The translations under genes were made by a program, and so were the position numbers. Shown in pieces: positions 12,601-28,180 of a DNA stretch of 64,000 bases. The first letter of the stretch is position 1. Each line of letters starts with the position of its first letter. Origin of the DNA: Adineta vaga (lineage: Eukaryota; Animalia; Rotifera); assembly GCA_021613535.1 (NCBI GenBank), contig CP075494.1, forward strand, positions 5,332,001 to 5,396,000. The letters are read 5' to 3'. The notes below the pieces were generated by a model. That model made no database searches and was not told the origin of the DNA. It saw nothing but the letters and a program-made list of their open reading frames with translations.

Positions 12601-15600
12601 TATTACAATCGATTTCAATCAGGATTTGAACCATTAATTGAAACGTGTTCTTTACAAATAGTTCTTATGAGAACGTCTTCAACTACTTCATTATTAATTT
12701 CTTCGAAAGAAACTCTAAATTTAAATTTTACACAAGCATTCTATCGATTATACAATACGATCAAAAAGAATTGGACTTCAGATAAACAAATTTCGAAACA
12801 GAAAACTAATTTTCGTCAAGTTAAACCATTAGAACCTTATTGTTTTACAAATTTACTTGGAAATCCTATTAAATTTCGTACATGGATTTCATCTGAACAA
12901 ATCTTTTCAACGGATGAACATATTGTCAGTGATAATCAGACAATTTCATTTTCTTTTCAATCACATTCTCCTCAAATAAAAAAACGCAAAACTTCAATTG
13001 TTACTTCTCTCTTTCAAACTGATCGTCGAATATTAATAACAATCGATGATTGGCAATGTTTACAGCCAATTTCAATCGATCGTATTGGTACATTCTTTCG
13101 AATTGCTACTTCGTATGATAATGCTTACTTTATCAAACCAACACTTGTTCTCATCAATATTGCTATTACCGAGAATTCTATTCGTTCAATTACTGTGAAA
13201 TCATCAATTGAAATACGCAATCAATTATTAACTGCAGTTGATGTTCGATGTGAATCATGTTTAGATATGATCTATGAATTTCGTTTAGAACCAAATGAAA
13301 GTCGTTCATTACCGATACAATTCAGTTCAATGTTGAAACATATGCATGTTCGACCAGCTGATTTCACACTTGGTTATTGTGATGAACCTATATCTTGGTT
13401 TGAAATCGAACAACAAAATTCATCCAAAGATAAGACTATAAATCGTCAATCATTTCTTCGTACGTGTTCATTCGATGGAAAAGAAGCTGTTTATTACATG
13501 TGTGTACAATCAAAACAAACATGTCTTTTAAATAATCAAGATCAACTACTTTCTGTTTATGAATTATCGATTCATTCACCATTAACTATTTGTAATTTAC
13601 TTCCATGTTCGTTAACTTTAGAAATTCCACCTTATCGTCAAAAATTTGAAATTAGTTCTTACAAATTTCATCGTGAACATACATTGAATATTCTTGAAAA
13701 TATTGATCTTCTCTTTACAACGAATCTCTATCGAATGAATAAATCCTTACATTTACCATCAATAAATGATCTTTATCAAATGAAATATACATATCAACGT
13801 GTTATTTTCTATGATAACATTCAACGAGAATTATTTGTTGATATCAAAATTGTCTGTGCGATCAAATATCGTTTGAAAGTTTTCATATCGGTTCCTTATA
13901 TTCTATTGAATAAAAGTGGTAAGATTTGATCCTTATAATTAACTTAATTATATTTAAATGATCTTCATTTTAGGTATTCCATTGATTTTTAAAGATTCAA
14001 ATTCTAAATTGGAAGCTGCTGGACAAAATACTGACGATGAAGTCATGTTAAATCGTGAACCACTTCTTTTTTCTTTTGATAATTCGAATCGTAATAATAC
14101 ATGTGTCATGCGAGTTGGAACTGGTTTACAACATCATCAGCAAGATGGTCGTCCACAATGGTCATCGAAATTTAGTTTACAACATGGTTCTAGTTATCGA
14201 CAATTACAAGTTCGTTCATCACGTCGATCAATTGATTGGACTTATTCCATTGCTATTGATATTCGTCCAGGAAATGATTATCTCAAAAGAACAAACTTTA
14301 TTTTTCTTAGTGCACGATATATAATCTATAATCAATGTTCATATGATTTATTGATTACACAACGTGCAATAGCACACGAAGAAATGAATTATTTAAAAGT
14401 TTCCAAACAAGCAACTGTAGCTTATCATTGGCCACGCACAGATATGGAACAATTCTTATGTGTACAAATTATTGATGATCAACAGTATCAATTCGTACAT
14501 TGGTCAGGAGGTTTTCCAATTGATTCAACTGATGCATTTCATATCAATATGAGAAATGAAAATAATCAATGTTTCATACTTCGTGTACAAGTTATCGAAC
14601 GAAATGAAACATATTTTGTAGTATTTATGGATGCTAATCGATTACCAGCTCCGTTTCGAATATCAAATCGATCGAATATACCCATTCAATTTTATCAAAC
14701 AGATATTCGACCGGATTCAACGCATTTAATAACGATGATTTCTCCTTATCAATCTGTGGATTATGCATGGGATGAACCAACATTGAAACCAATGATAACT
14801 TGTTCCATTATGGATGGTACGAAAGCAACTTATGATCTTTTGAAATTAGGTTCTGCTGAAGAATTGTACTCATATAATTATATTTATCTTGCATTTCAAG
14901 CAACATTTGAAAATGAAGAATTGATACAAATATCTGATTCTTCATCATATCAATTAGTTATTGAATTTAATGAAGATCGTATTTTTCTTGCGCAACGTCA
15001 AGAAAATAAACGTTCACAATTATGGTATATGACAAATCATGGTGTATTGATTCATATTGGATCGTTATCAGCAACTCCTGATGGAAATAAAAAAAAAGAT
15101 TTCTTTGATGATCTTCGACAAACATATGTATTAGATATTCACGAGTTATCGAATACGAATTGGAATAATTTAACAACAAATTGTACTCAATTAACTGTAC
15201 GACGTTATGATCCGAAACGAATACAAACACAATCATGGCAATTTACTAATCATGGTTATCTATGTTTAAAAGATGCACCACACATGTGTGTACAAGTCTT
15301 CGGTGAACTGAGAACAAATAGTGATGTTTTTCTAGGATCAACAATGTTAGTTTTCTATCTTTGTTTTTTTAATTATCAAATATGATTTGTGTTATTCTTT
15401 TTCAGTGAGAATATCAATCAAATACCATTACCAACGATGTATATTCGGTTATATCAACGTTATCCAGGTTCAGGTGTTTTATATGTATGTGTGAAAGCAG
15501 ATGGACCAACAAATGTACTTGAAATTGATTCTATAAAATCAACTGATTCCTTGAGTATGACAACTGTCATATCAACAATACCATCAACAGTTTATCATCT

Positions 15601-17667
15601 TGATCTTCACCTACCATCAGGTGTAGGTATTTCTATTGTAAATTCGATTAATCATGAATCTGAAGAACTTATCTATATGTTGGCGAATAATATTCATATT
15701 CAATACGACAATAAAGATCATGAACAATCAATTGAAGCAACAATTAATACACTCATTGTTTGTTTGATCTCTTTTTTTCGTTTTCAATTGATCGAAGACT
15801 TTTTGTTTCTGTTCAGATTTCTAATCAATTACTAACGACAACAAAACCATATTTTCTTCATGTAACTTTTGCAGATAATGCATCAGTTCAATCAGCTATT
15901 CATTTTCAAATCAAATGGCAAAAACTTGATTTTAATTTCAAGTAAATTGATATATTCTTTCCTCCTCTATCGAATTTTCTTATCAATTTAATTTAGTCTT
16001 CTTCATATTATACATTCTTGTCAAATCGATATCAATTCTATTTCTATTCAACTTGATGAACTTCTTCTATGGAAATTAATCGAATTTTTCGATATTGAAG
16101 TTTCATCATTATCTTCATTGCTCTTCACAGCTGTTGGCATTGGTAATATGACAAGTGCAGATCGTAAAATTGGATTTAATATTGACAATTACGAAACTAA
16201 TCGAATGCTCTCCTTATTAACTTCGACACATGCCACTCGAATCTATTTTCATAGATTGAATCTATCAGCAATAGATCTCAATTTAAGTGTTTACTGTATT
16301 CCGACAAAACGATATCTTTCATCCCATTTATTAGCAATTAAAAGACAAGCATCATTTCCACTTGTTCCGTTTGAAAATGCTCAAATACATTTGAAATCTT
16401 ACGAGCAAACACATATTTCTAATACTTACGATTTCTTTCTTCTATCAATTACGACACATTATATCCATGTTTGTACACGACAAGCATTGAAAATATTAGG
16501 TAGTGTTGATTTTCTTGGAAATCCATTAGGATTATTACATGATGTGACGGATGGTCTCGTTTGTCTTACTGATCAACGTGGCGTAAGTGGATTAGTTAAA
16601 AATGTAGCACATGGTGTAGCAGATTCGGCATCAAAAGTAACAGGTTCATTATCACATGGAATTGGAAAACTAGTTCCAGATCATGAACAAAATCATCGAC
16701 GAACTACAATAGCAGATAATCATCGAAGTTCAACAATTGGACAAGCGATTCGTCATGGAACAGCAGGTTTAGCAGCAGGATTCTATGGTGGATTGACATC
16801 AATTATCAAACAACCGTATAAAGGTGCAGTCGAAGAAGGTGTTCCTGGATTGATGAAAGGTTTTGCCAAAGGAATTGTTGGAACAGTAAGTAAACCAGTC
16901 GTTGGTATACTTGATTTTACCAATGAAATGGCAACAGTTATTAAGGAAGGTGCACGTTCCTCAAATATAATTTCACAGACACCTATTCGACCAACACGGT
17001 GTCCAGCTAATATTTTAGGTCTACTACAATCGTATTCTCTTTCTGATGCTCAAGGACATTATTTACTATATAAAATGAATAATGGTGATTTGACTGAACG
17101 ATATATCTCACGATGTACAATTTCAACTATCTCAGCCGAGATATCAGATAAAAAGAATTCAACTACAAATAATCAACGAAATAAAATCACATTAGATCGT
17201 ATTGATGTAAGGATTTAGTTTTCGATATTCTATTCTAATGAATAATTTCGTCTTTATAGGCAATGATTACCACTCAGCGTGTTATTATGTATCGAACTGA
17301 TGATAATCCTGATTTTTTCTCTTTTGAAATCATCTATAGTTATGACTTTAACACACCAATGACAGTCAATCCCATTGGTACGTTCTTACTAACCTATTGA
17401 TCTTTCTATAAAAAAAGAAAGACTTTCTCCTTTGTAGAAGATGATAATAATCATGTTTATATTCAATTTCTCTTCGATGTTAAAACTTCATCATCAAAAT
17501 CAAATGCTCTACATCGTTGTAATACACTTGAGCAAGCTTCAATTCTTTCTCGAGATATTCAACGTGCTCAAGAAATATTTCGCGAAGAAAAACTGATCTA
17601 TATCACATCCAATGATGAAGTTGAAGATCATTACAATGAAATCTTTGAAGATCAACAAATTGAATAG
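6655..17667 (+). CDS. VPS13D: VPS13-family bridge-like lipid transfer protein, VPS13D-like; exons ~6655-13918, 13974-15345, 15406-15757, 15817-15941, 15997-17206, 17260-17377, 17438-17667
   Basis: Chorein-N start 'MFETIIASFIKRYLIRYI'; 'YYNRFQSGFEPLIE'; VAB-region 'REPLLFSF' and 'DYAWDEP'; ricin-like 'SQLWYMT'; C-terminal 'ILGSVDFLGNPLGL' and Gly-rich ATG2_C-like helices. Splice junctions keep the frame to TAG at 17665-17667. Confidence 0.88.
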
Positions 17668-17810
17668 AAATCAAACTAAATACAAATGATTCTTTCTAAT
17701 TAAATTTATTTATTCATTTGTTCATCATATCCGAAGAAAAAGAAAAGTAGCAGAACCACAAAAGAACAAAGTTTATATGAGACTATGTAACATCAAAGAA
17801 ACAAAAAATT

Positions 17811-20800
17811 TTAAAAAAGACCTTTTTTCGCCGTTTTTCTAGAAGAAATAAAAGAAATTGAATATTTCAATTGCATCTAAATACAAAACTTACGTTAATG
17901 AACCAATCTGATCAGCAAAACCAGGTTTTGATAAACCTTCTTCCCATTCACGTTTACTACGTTCAAATTCATCACGTTTAGATTGTAAACGTTCTTCTTC
18001 TTGTTGAACACTCAATCGATAAGTTTCCTGAGTTTTTAAAACCTAAAACATAAAAAAAGATTATTCCTTGAACTTCCTCCATCGATGTTCTTACATTCTG
18101 TTTGCTATCTTCAAGTTTTTGTAATTTTTCTGCTACTTTCGAGTGATAGACAGCTTCCATATCACGAGACATTTTCTCCAAACGTGTTTCTGTTTCATTC
18201 CGTTCATCTTCTAATTGTGATAGAAAATTTCTGAAAGAAAAAACAGAACTCCAAAAATAAGAAAGAAAATGATGTTCATTTCAATAATTACTTATTAACA
18301 GATGTTGTATGAAATGTTTTACCATTCTTTGTATCATTTCCATTGAAAGAACTCAATTTTTTGTATCGATAATTTTCATAATGAATATTATGTGTAACAT
18401 CACGTAAATCATTTAAATTCGTTCGAATAAGCATACTTCGCAATGCAATGAAATCACTGTGAACTTCATCTTCAACTAAACAAAACAAAAAAAAAGAATT
18501 TTCTTTTTCCTGATCATTTCAAATGACAAATCTTTACCATCTACAACACCCCAGGCATATTGTCGTACACGTGTACGTTTACTTCCTTTTTCTAATATAA
18601 AATTACTTCCTACAACTGCAAATGGTACTTTATCTTTATAAATTTTTGTTAATTTATTCTCATCATCATCATCACATTCAGGAAATTCATATAATTTCAT
18701 TTTTTCATTGCTTATATCTTGCATTATTGATTTTTTGAATAAACGCAATTCATCCGATGTTAATGAATCAGCTTTAGCAATGACAGGTATAATATTCACT
18801 CGATCATGCAGACGTTTCATAAATTCAATATCCAATGCTTGAAGACTGAAGAAAAGAAAACAAATGCAAATATTTCTGATCAAGAAAAAACTCACTATAA
18901 TAACATACCTATGACCCGTTGGTTGAATAAAATAAAGACAACAATGAACACGATTATCTGTTATATGAGATTTACGAATAACACGAGATTCAGCATTAAG
19001 ATATTCTTCATATTTCGAATCGATATAATCAATAATTGGTTGCCAACTAGAAAGAAAAATATAACAAACAGTTTATTCATTAACGACTACTTGAACAGTT
19101 CAATTATTATAAGTGATCTTGATCCAGACATTCAAAGGACAACATCCGTACTAATCCATTATCGACTTAATAGAATCGATTTACGTAAGTAATATCAAGC
19201 AATTAGGAAAAATAAACAAAAGTAAATTGATGTAAAAGATGTTCTATCTGATAACTTTCATTTTCTTCGACAAGAAAAAAAACTAAACTAAACTTACCAA
19301 TCTGAATTATCAACTGCATCACCGAATCCTGGTGTATCTACAATTGTTAAACGTAATTGAACACCTTTCTCTTTTAATATAATCGAAGATGAATCCATCG
19401 AAACTGTTTTCTTTTTTCTATGAATTGTCGATGGAAAATCTTGACCATAGAGTTCAGTTTGAAATAAAGTATTGATAAATGTGGATTTGCCCAATCCCGA
19501 TTGACCTTAAAATTAATTATGTAAATAGATGAAATTGATCATTAGAAATGTATTGAAAAAAAAAGACATACCGACAACCATTAAATTGAATTCAAATCCT
19601 TTTTTAACAGCTCGTCGATGAACTTGATCGGGTAATGAAACAAAACCAACATTAGAATTGATTTCTCGAATTTTTGGTGCCACTTGTTGATCTCTATTGA
19701 TTGAACTTGTTTCTGATTCTTGACGAGGACGCATTAGTTTTGATATTGTGGAATTGCTTGTTGTTGATCCATAACCATGTGGTGGGGATGGTATTGGTGT
19801 TGAGGTTGGATTATTCACTATGGTTGGATAAAGTGTTGAACGATAATCACCATTCGATGTATGACTATGTGTTGTTGTACTATGAAGAATTGGAGATTGA
19901 TGAAGATCATCTAATGCTAAACGAGTTGATGGACCTTTTATACTTGATGTTGATGATGATGATGATGATGATGGAAGAACTGATTGTGGTAGTGGTATTT
20001 GTGAAGACGATGGTGGAGGAGGGGGAGGAGGAGGAGGCGGAGGAGCGACTGGTGGAGGACCGTCGACTGCTGTTGATTCATTGTTTGTAGAAGTCGTCGT
20101 TTTTGTTGGTGTTGAATTTGGTGTCGATGTTGCTGAGCGTAGATATGGATCAGCACGGCGCTAAAATAGATCATATGAAATTTATTTTATCAAACATCAA
20201 TATTCTTTATTCAAAGCAATTTTTCATTTGTATCATTATGTTCGTATTATCAACCTTCAAACATGTCTTCCGAAACATGTTCTATTGATACAATCATCAC
20301 GTATGTATGATTTTTACATGTTACTTAATCGAAAAAAATATAAACTATTGTTTAGATAAGACGTTGACATGTAATTAAATCTTCGGAGACGTATGAATTC
20401 TTCATGATTCATTTATAATGATGTAATAGCTCCTTTTTTTTCTTTCTAACAAGAAAAGATTATCATAGTGAACAGCACTAATCGCCCAAAGAAAGAGAGA
20501 TTAAACATCTATCATCAATTCTCAAATGATTATTTGGAATTCTAAGCAGATATCCGACTAATGATACATGCAATTCTATGATTCATGTTCGATGTCTATC
20601 AACATTTGTATAACTAACAAATATATTCGAGACGGATTACTAACAAAGTCTTTTGTTTAACTTCAGTTTGATCTTTTCTTATACATCAAACAGAACTAAT
20701 GATTAATCAATTCGGTTTCTTTCTCATCATGTATATATAGTTATATTGAGTATCATTAGCAGTTTCATGTGAAGTCAAACGAAATCAATCAATAGAATAC

Positions 20801-21329
20801 ATATTCTCACTCTCGATGGGAAAAGATCATCGATGCTTTTTATTGTTTTATAACAAGCGAAATGATATGCTACTCGATACAATTGATTAATTCTTTGATT
20901 CGACGAGACAAAACAGTTGTTTTTCAATATATCAGATATATGTCAAGATAAAATTAGATTCGAAATGAAATGTCTCGGATCAAATAAAAGTTAACATACA
21001 TATTTTGATGCTAAATAAGCATGTGGATCTAAAGCTGAATTTGTTCCATTTGTAGTTGTTAGTACATGCGTCATTTGTTTTAAACTTGATAACGGATGTG
21101 TTAAATCAGGTGCTGCTAAATTTTTATATTTATTCATAACTGACGATTGATAACGAGATGATGTCGATGAAAATGATGAAGATGCTAAGGGATTTGTAAC
21201 AACAACAGCAGTTACACCATTGCCATTTGAATGTACTGTTGTTGAATCATTTTCTATGCCATTATTGTGATAGCGTATATTCGTCGTTGACGATTTGGAT
21301 GGACTATCGATAGTTGCTGCTGAAGACAT
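17811..21329 (-). CDS. SEPT7: Septin (SEPT7/peanut-like) with long Ser/Thr/Pro-rich N-terminus; ~9 exons
   Basis: '[27 protein letters not shown]', G1 'GQSGLGKST', G3 'DTPGFGD', G4 'AKAD', septin element 'RQYAWG', C-terminal coiled coil ending 'KKGLF'. Confidence 0.9.
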
Positions 21330-21849
21330 TATTCAAACATTATCTAAAAGGAAATTTGTTTGAATTATGTAATTCGAAGCAAACATAAGAAGAAGAAAAA
21401 ACAAAAAATGACAAGTATTCAAGATGAAGTTGATAGTAAAGACTAGAAAAAAAGAGAGAGAAACGAGTAGTGATGGTTGTGTGTCGATGTTTCTGCTTCC
21501 ATCGATTGTGTATTAACTTCCTGTTCGCTCGTTCATTGTGTGTCCGTCTGCCCTCACTCTCTCTCTCTCTCCCTTTTCTTTCTCTCCGGTCACATCGAGA
21601 AAGAAAAAAGCAAAAAAAACATACGTCTCCCCTGTGCAAATAATCATCAATTTTCTTAAACAGGAAAATAAAACTATTAAAATTTGTCTAACAAAAAACC
21701 TCTCGACTCACTTACGATAATTTCCGAATGACGATTTATTTATTAAATAGATATATCAAGGTCTATTATGGACTGAATTCTATTACTGAAAGACAGGAAC
21801 GTGTCTTTCTCTCCTTCTGTTTATATGTATCTGATAGACGTTTAAATAT

Positions 21850-21883
<34 letters not shown>

Positions 21884-22521
21884 ATCCATTTTCCCGTCCA
21901 AATCGAAGAACAGACAAAAAAAGTAGAGGTCATCTAACAGCTGCATTTCTAATAAGATAGGAAAATTTCGTTCATGCAAGGAATGGTTTCTTCTTTCACA
22001 ACGCACAGTTAAATGATCATCAAATAACGGAGTGAGTTACTTCTGGAGACAATTATGTATCGTTGATGTTCATGTAGACTGACAATAGGCTGCTATTGAT
22101 AAAGAACAAGTGTCTTAGTATGGTGCCGCATATGCATGATTTCTTCTCGATGATGGACACTTTCATTCTATTATTAATGAGATCAATCCCATTCATAAAA
22201 AAAATGTCTCTTTTATCAATTCATGAATATTAATTGAATTACTTAACAATCTAATCTACATTTGCAATATGAAATGAACTTCTTGATTTTGTAGAGATGA
22301 ATGTTCTTCGTTTTTATTCAGTTGATATTGATTACAATATTTTGTCGTTCGATACGAAAAAAAAATCGATGAAATTAAAAATCGCGATTAGTAGACATAA
22401 AAAAAAGATATGTCAAAACATTAAACAGAAATAAAAGCGAGAAAAAAAAGAAGATAATTAAATAAAAAAGACTGGCAAGACTATTTTCCTGAATATTGAT
22501 TCGTTTGTTTATTATTTATTA

Positions 22522-25500
22522 TTATTCTGGAACAACACGCGATCTTTTTATTCGTTTTGTTGCTTGTTTTTTCACTTTCTCAACATAAAGTTCTTCAATT
22601 TCAGCAGCATATTTTAATTCAATAGCTTTCCGTTTTAATTTAAGTGCATCTGTAACTAAACCTGTTTCCGGCGTCCATGATTCAACGACTATTCGAACAC
22701 GTTGAGGAGTTTCAAATCGTTCAATGTGACCTTTTTTACATGCATCTTGAACATCTTTAAGAACTTGTTCATTAAAATCATCGTCATCAATTAACTTTTG
22801 CCATTCTGTTTCACCAAAATACTTTTGTGTATAATTCTAAATTGAAAAGAAAAAAAAAACATCTTCCATTGATAAGTAAGTATAAATAAAATACTTACAG
22901 CCATCTGTTTTGGATTAGGAGATATCAAAACAACGGTATATTCGGCTGATGCTGCTGCACATAAACAACAATTTTCAACGATTGTAAATTTACTAATAGC
23001 CATTTCAACTTTTGATAGAGAAACATATTCACCAGCACGTAATTTTACTAAATCTTTTTTTCGATCTAATTTGTAATAAACAAATCAAAGATAATTTCAA
23101 AAACAAGAAATGAAAACAGACCGATAATTTTCAATGTACCATCAGGAAAAATTTCTCCAATATCACCAGTACAAAAATATCTTGTTCCATCGATTTCTTT
23201 AAAATTAATATTTTCTTTTGCTGCACTAGCATAATAACCTTGTGCAACAACTTTTCCACCAATCAAAACTTCACCTCGAGAATGTGGTTTATCCGTATTT
23301 CTATAATGTCCTTCTTCCCAATCTACTAAACGAACTTCACATGAAACAAGTGGATATCCAGCACGACCTACTGATGTATCATATTCTATTCAAACAAAAC
23401 AACATACTTTTGTTCCTTGACGATATTAATTAGATATTATACATACGATCAGCAATAGTCGCTGCTGCACATGTTTCTGTTAAACCATAACCTTGGAAAA
23501 GTTTTACACAGAGTGCGGCTTGAACGAAACGTTGAGTATCACCGCTGAGAACAGCACCACCACACATCATAGTTTTGACTCGACCACCTAACACCATTTC
23601 ATTTAAACGTGTAAAAATTAATCTAGAAGAGTTTGGTGAAAAGAGAATGAGTGAGTAATTCAATTTACCTGTTCAGATATGGACTATCAAGGCCTTCTTG
23701 TAAACGTTTTACTTTGATTGTATATGCTAGTTGAAATAAATAACGTCGAAAGATATTGGATTGATTGATCTTCTCCAGAACAGTTCTGTAAATTCGATCG
23801 AGAATCGTCTATTATAGAGAACAAATATTGATAGAATATGAAACAAAAAGATAAAATCAAATATCATACTGGTACACAACACATAATATGTGGTCGTAGA
23901 ACTTGTAAATCTCCTTTTTGTCCACGTTTTATTGCTGTTGATTGATCAGTTAATGTCTGTGGAGATGAATAACCCATTTTAATACCCATATAATAAAACA
24001 GAATTTCTTAGAAATAAAACAAATATACGCATCGGTCTTTCAAATTGAATTTAAACATACCACAACAAAGTTCAAGAATATGTGCTAATGGCAGATATGC
24101 TATATAAATATCTCTGTCAGCATTAACCATAGAAAAAACACGTTCCTGTTGACCAGTCATTGCAGCTATGATATTTTCATGTGTAATTAATACACCTAAT
24201 TATCAAAGAATAAAATATTCATTCAATTAAGTATTTGAAAGCTTTCTGTCAGATAGAATGCATTATACAGAAGTCAATATTAAAGCAGTAAGAACAATCA
24301 TCTTTTACCATTTAATTCAATTATGAAACTTGAAATGTATGATTGCTTACATAGATTAGATCATTTCTTGCATAGTAAAATCTATAAATTCAATCATTTA
24401 TATTTTTCCTTTAAAAATATTTCGACTGCTTGATCTATCTATTTTTAATAACTATTCAATTGAAATGTTTTCATATGATTGATTACTATACAGGTAACTA
24501 TATACGTGTATCACATGAGAATAATTTAATTATTATTTCTATATACTATATAAGAAGGAAAAGAAAACAACGTAAACGTACTCTCATTGATAAGGCAATA
24601 GATATTTATTACATTTGCTGACATAACTTCATTATATCTATTACGTATTTGTTTCAATTTTATTCGAAAGGATTATATTCCTGTATTTTGATGTATATAA
24701 CATTCGATTTTTATAAGGTCGGTCCAATGATCTTTGAAATAGAACTAACCTTTGGGTGTACCGGTACTACCACTTGTATACATAATCACAGCAATATCTG
24801 TCTTTTCAGGTCGTTTTTGTAGAATATCATCAGCTAAATGAATACAACTTATAGAAGAAAAAATAAAGTATAAAACCATACGGATTTCGGCATTTCTTCC
24901 TTGTTCTTCTAATTGATGTAAGGATAAAAATTGTTTATTATTTTTATCTTTCGGTATGTTTATCGTTTGTGTTTTAACAAGAGAAGGGAAATAGATGACA
25001 TGGCTAACTCGTGGTGTATGATCTATTGTTTTCTAAACGAATTAAATTCAAATTTGAAGAAAATTATAAGAAGAAAATTCTCTATATTTACATCTAATTT
25101 TGAAAGTAATTCACACGAGGTAATGATAATCGATACTTCAGATTCGTTAATTCCATGTTTAACAGCGTCTTCACCTAATGTCGAATAAAGTGTAACAACA
25201 GTCATAGCATGACGAAAAGCACCAAAGGCAGATAACAACCATTCAGGACGTGTTTCAGAATAAATTAAAATTTTATCACCTGGTTTAGCACCGATAGATA
25301 TCAAACCACGACCAATAGCTTCAATTCGATTAAAAGTTTCACGATAAGTAGTAAATTTATATTCACCCAAAACAAACTGAAATGAAATTAGAATAACAAA
25401 AATTGTCCTTTTTTTGAGTTATGTAAAAACCTTTTTAAAGATTTTTCCATTCGGTTGTTGTTCATCCTCAACATCGAGAATTTCTCGAACACCTTGTGTT

Positions 25501-25826
25501 TCTTTATCAGCAAAATGTGCTAATGTATGATCAGGAATATTCGCTAACGTTTTCACGTACTCATCTGGTGTTGTTCGTAGTTTATTTAAAACATCAACCG
25601 CACGATAAGCTGCTGATGAATCTAAAGGATCAATTCGTTGTGCACGTATTTTTTTCTCTAACGCTACTCGTCTATCGTCTCTTCCGATTGTCATTATTAA
25701 ATTCCAAAATGTTGGCATTTCAATGAATAATAATGATGTCGAATATATCAATATAGTTCGTAATATTGTTATTCCAAATCGTCTGAAAATTGAGTTTACA
25801 GCTGAACTAAATGCTTGAAGAGACAT
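22522..25826 (-). CDS. ACSL4: Long-chain fatty acyl-CoA synthetase (ACSL3/4-like); ~11 exons
   Basis: AMP-binding 'IMYTSGSTGTPKG', 'YLPLAHILE', 'QGYGLTET', 'FCTGDIG', 'DRKKDLVKL..GEYVSL', 'GLVTDALKLKR'. Hydrophobic N-terminus. Confidence 0.92.
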
Positions 25827-26810
25827 ACTAAATAAGGCCGAAACAAAAGTACATGATATTTTCAGCGAACAATATTAATAACAAACTGACAGCAATCAAA
25901 TCTTATCAAACAGCTATATTTTCTTACCATTATTTCATTTATTCGCATGAGAAACAACATAGTTCGTTTTTTTTTCTCGATAGTTTTCTCCGAAGAAAAA
26001 TAGAACAATTTTCTTCAAACTTATTTCATAGAATCTTTCTTACCTAAATACTTTTTTACCAAATGACGTTCGAAAAGATTCAAGTCATTTATTTGTTATG
26101 TAAATATCTTTCTATATAAAAGAACGCGAGCAAAAAACAACGTATGTATTTATATAATATTCTGTTTAGAGTGAAATCAAGTACGCGTGATACAGAATAG
26201 TAGTACGAAGGCAAAGAACAGAAGAAGAAAAAAAGGATGCCTTCAGTGTTTTGCTAGGACATAACAAAAAGAAACAAGAGAAAGAAAAGAAACTACTGAT
26301 ATGAAGTTGATTACTGTTTCGTTCAAGTAATGTCGTTGTTTTGTTCTTAAGACGTCGTTTAATGTTTATTTATTTAGATATCTTCTTTCATTTGTATGTG
26401 ATATGATTCGATAGATATACTAACGGCAGATAATTGAAGTTAATGGACTTAAATGTAGGTGTCTCTAAATAACACACCGAAACGAAAATTGTAATGCAAT
26501 AGAAATCTACTAAATGTCTTTATTTATTATATAAAATGCGTTGAAAGTTGCATCAGTTTAATGGTATTGATTAGCCCAAGGTCAAATATCATAGAAATAA
26601 AGATTTCGACCTTTTCCATGTGTCGAATTGTTGACAAGATAGTTGTTTTATTCAAGTGAGGAAAAAAATTTCTCTTTTTCTAATTAAAAAGTAGAGAACG
26701 TATATATGTTTATTTTCTAAACTTCGGAAAAGGAACTAAAGGACAAGAAGAAAAGAAAAGAAAAGAACGTTAAATCTTTCGGATATTTGTCTTTGACAAT
26801 GCATATGAAT

Positions 26811-27842
26811 TTATCGTGATGATGATGATGCCATTTGTCTTAGTTGATTAAGACAAACTTGTAATGCATCCTGTTCTTGTTTTGCTGTAATTGATTTTTT
26901 AACTTCACTGGTTATCCAATTGATCATGTTCGTTCTTTCGAAATCTTTACGGGCATTTTGAAGTGCTACTTGATAATCTAATCGTCGTTTAACAGCTTCA
27001 TACATTTGTCTCATTCGTTCACGATAAGCTGTTTCTAATGCCATGTGAACGATGTCTTTTCGAGCATCACCTAATTTACCAACACCTTTAGCACGTTCCA
27101 ATGATTCTTCATAACCATGTAACATTTTACCAGCCATTGCTTTTGAATTACTAACGACAGATGTATAACGATCGACTTCTTCTTGATGCCAACCACGAAA
27201 GACATCGCCGACAGTTGGACCGAGTCTAAAACGAAATTAGACAGTAATCACAATATGTTTTATTACTCTATGAAACTTACTTTTTAACAACTGTAATAAC
27301 AGCTGCAGCCAAAATTAAATATTCGGTAAAGTCGTACCATAAAACGATGTATTCTTTACTGAATCCATAAACAAGTAATCCATAGAAAAACATATATGGT
27401 CCAGTAACACCGGTTTTTTCATAGAAAAATTTAAACCATGATTCAGGTACACAATACCAACGTACTGCATTTGGTGCTTCTTGAAGTTTGTACGGTGGAT
27501 AATTAACTAAATCACGTTCAGGCCATTGATCATGAGGCCATAAACGTTTTCCATTGTGTTCCGTTCGCCATTTAATTGATGATAAATCTTTCAATGAATC
27601 TTCCACACGTAAAACTTTTTCATCACTTTTCTTTTCAACTAATGATTTGTCATCTAAATCAATGATTTCAATAAAGAATAGTAGAAGAAAAAAAAAATGA
27701 ATGAATGAATACCTGTTTTCAATGATTTTGCTTTCGCTGATGCATTTTGTAATAAAAGATTTGAAATTGATAATGGTCGAAAAGCAAGTGATAATGGTGA
27801 AGTTCCACCTGATATTAAAGGACGAGTAATCTTCGTGAACAT
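26811..27842 (-). CDS. ATP5PB: Mitochondrial ATP synthase F0 subunit b; 3 exons
   Basis: Targeting-peptide-like N-terminus; 'PESWFKFFYEKTGVTGPYMF', 'SKEYIV', 'MALETAYRER', 'VKRRLDYQV'. Confidence 0.93.
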
Positions 27843-28180
27843 CTGTAATACCAACGAGAACTTTCCTTTAGTCTGATTTTCGCTTCAAATAAACATAAAT
27901 AAACAAGTTTCTAAGGCGACCTCTATTATTCAAGAGTTTCCATCAAAATATTGTTTTTATATTAAGAGAAAAATTTTTCATCGACATTTTTCTAAAATTT
28001 AAATTCGTTCGCTAACTATTATGAAAAATTAGAAAATTTGATTCGAATGGCTTACTTTTCATCAATCAAGAATCGTCTGAGTCATCATCTAGTGAATAAT
28101 CTTTTCTCAATGGTTACAGTTAATATATAGTAATAGAGTAGATTAAACTGATTCATTTTTAACTTTCGAATAGATAATTA

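Noticed and set aside
19701-20288. Poly-M/E and poly-H/Q ORFs
   Set aside because: Alternative frames or antisense of the septin Ser/Pro-rich exon (GAT/GGA triplet runs).
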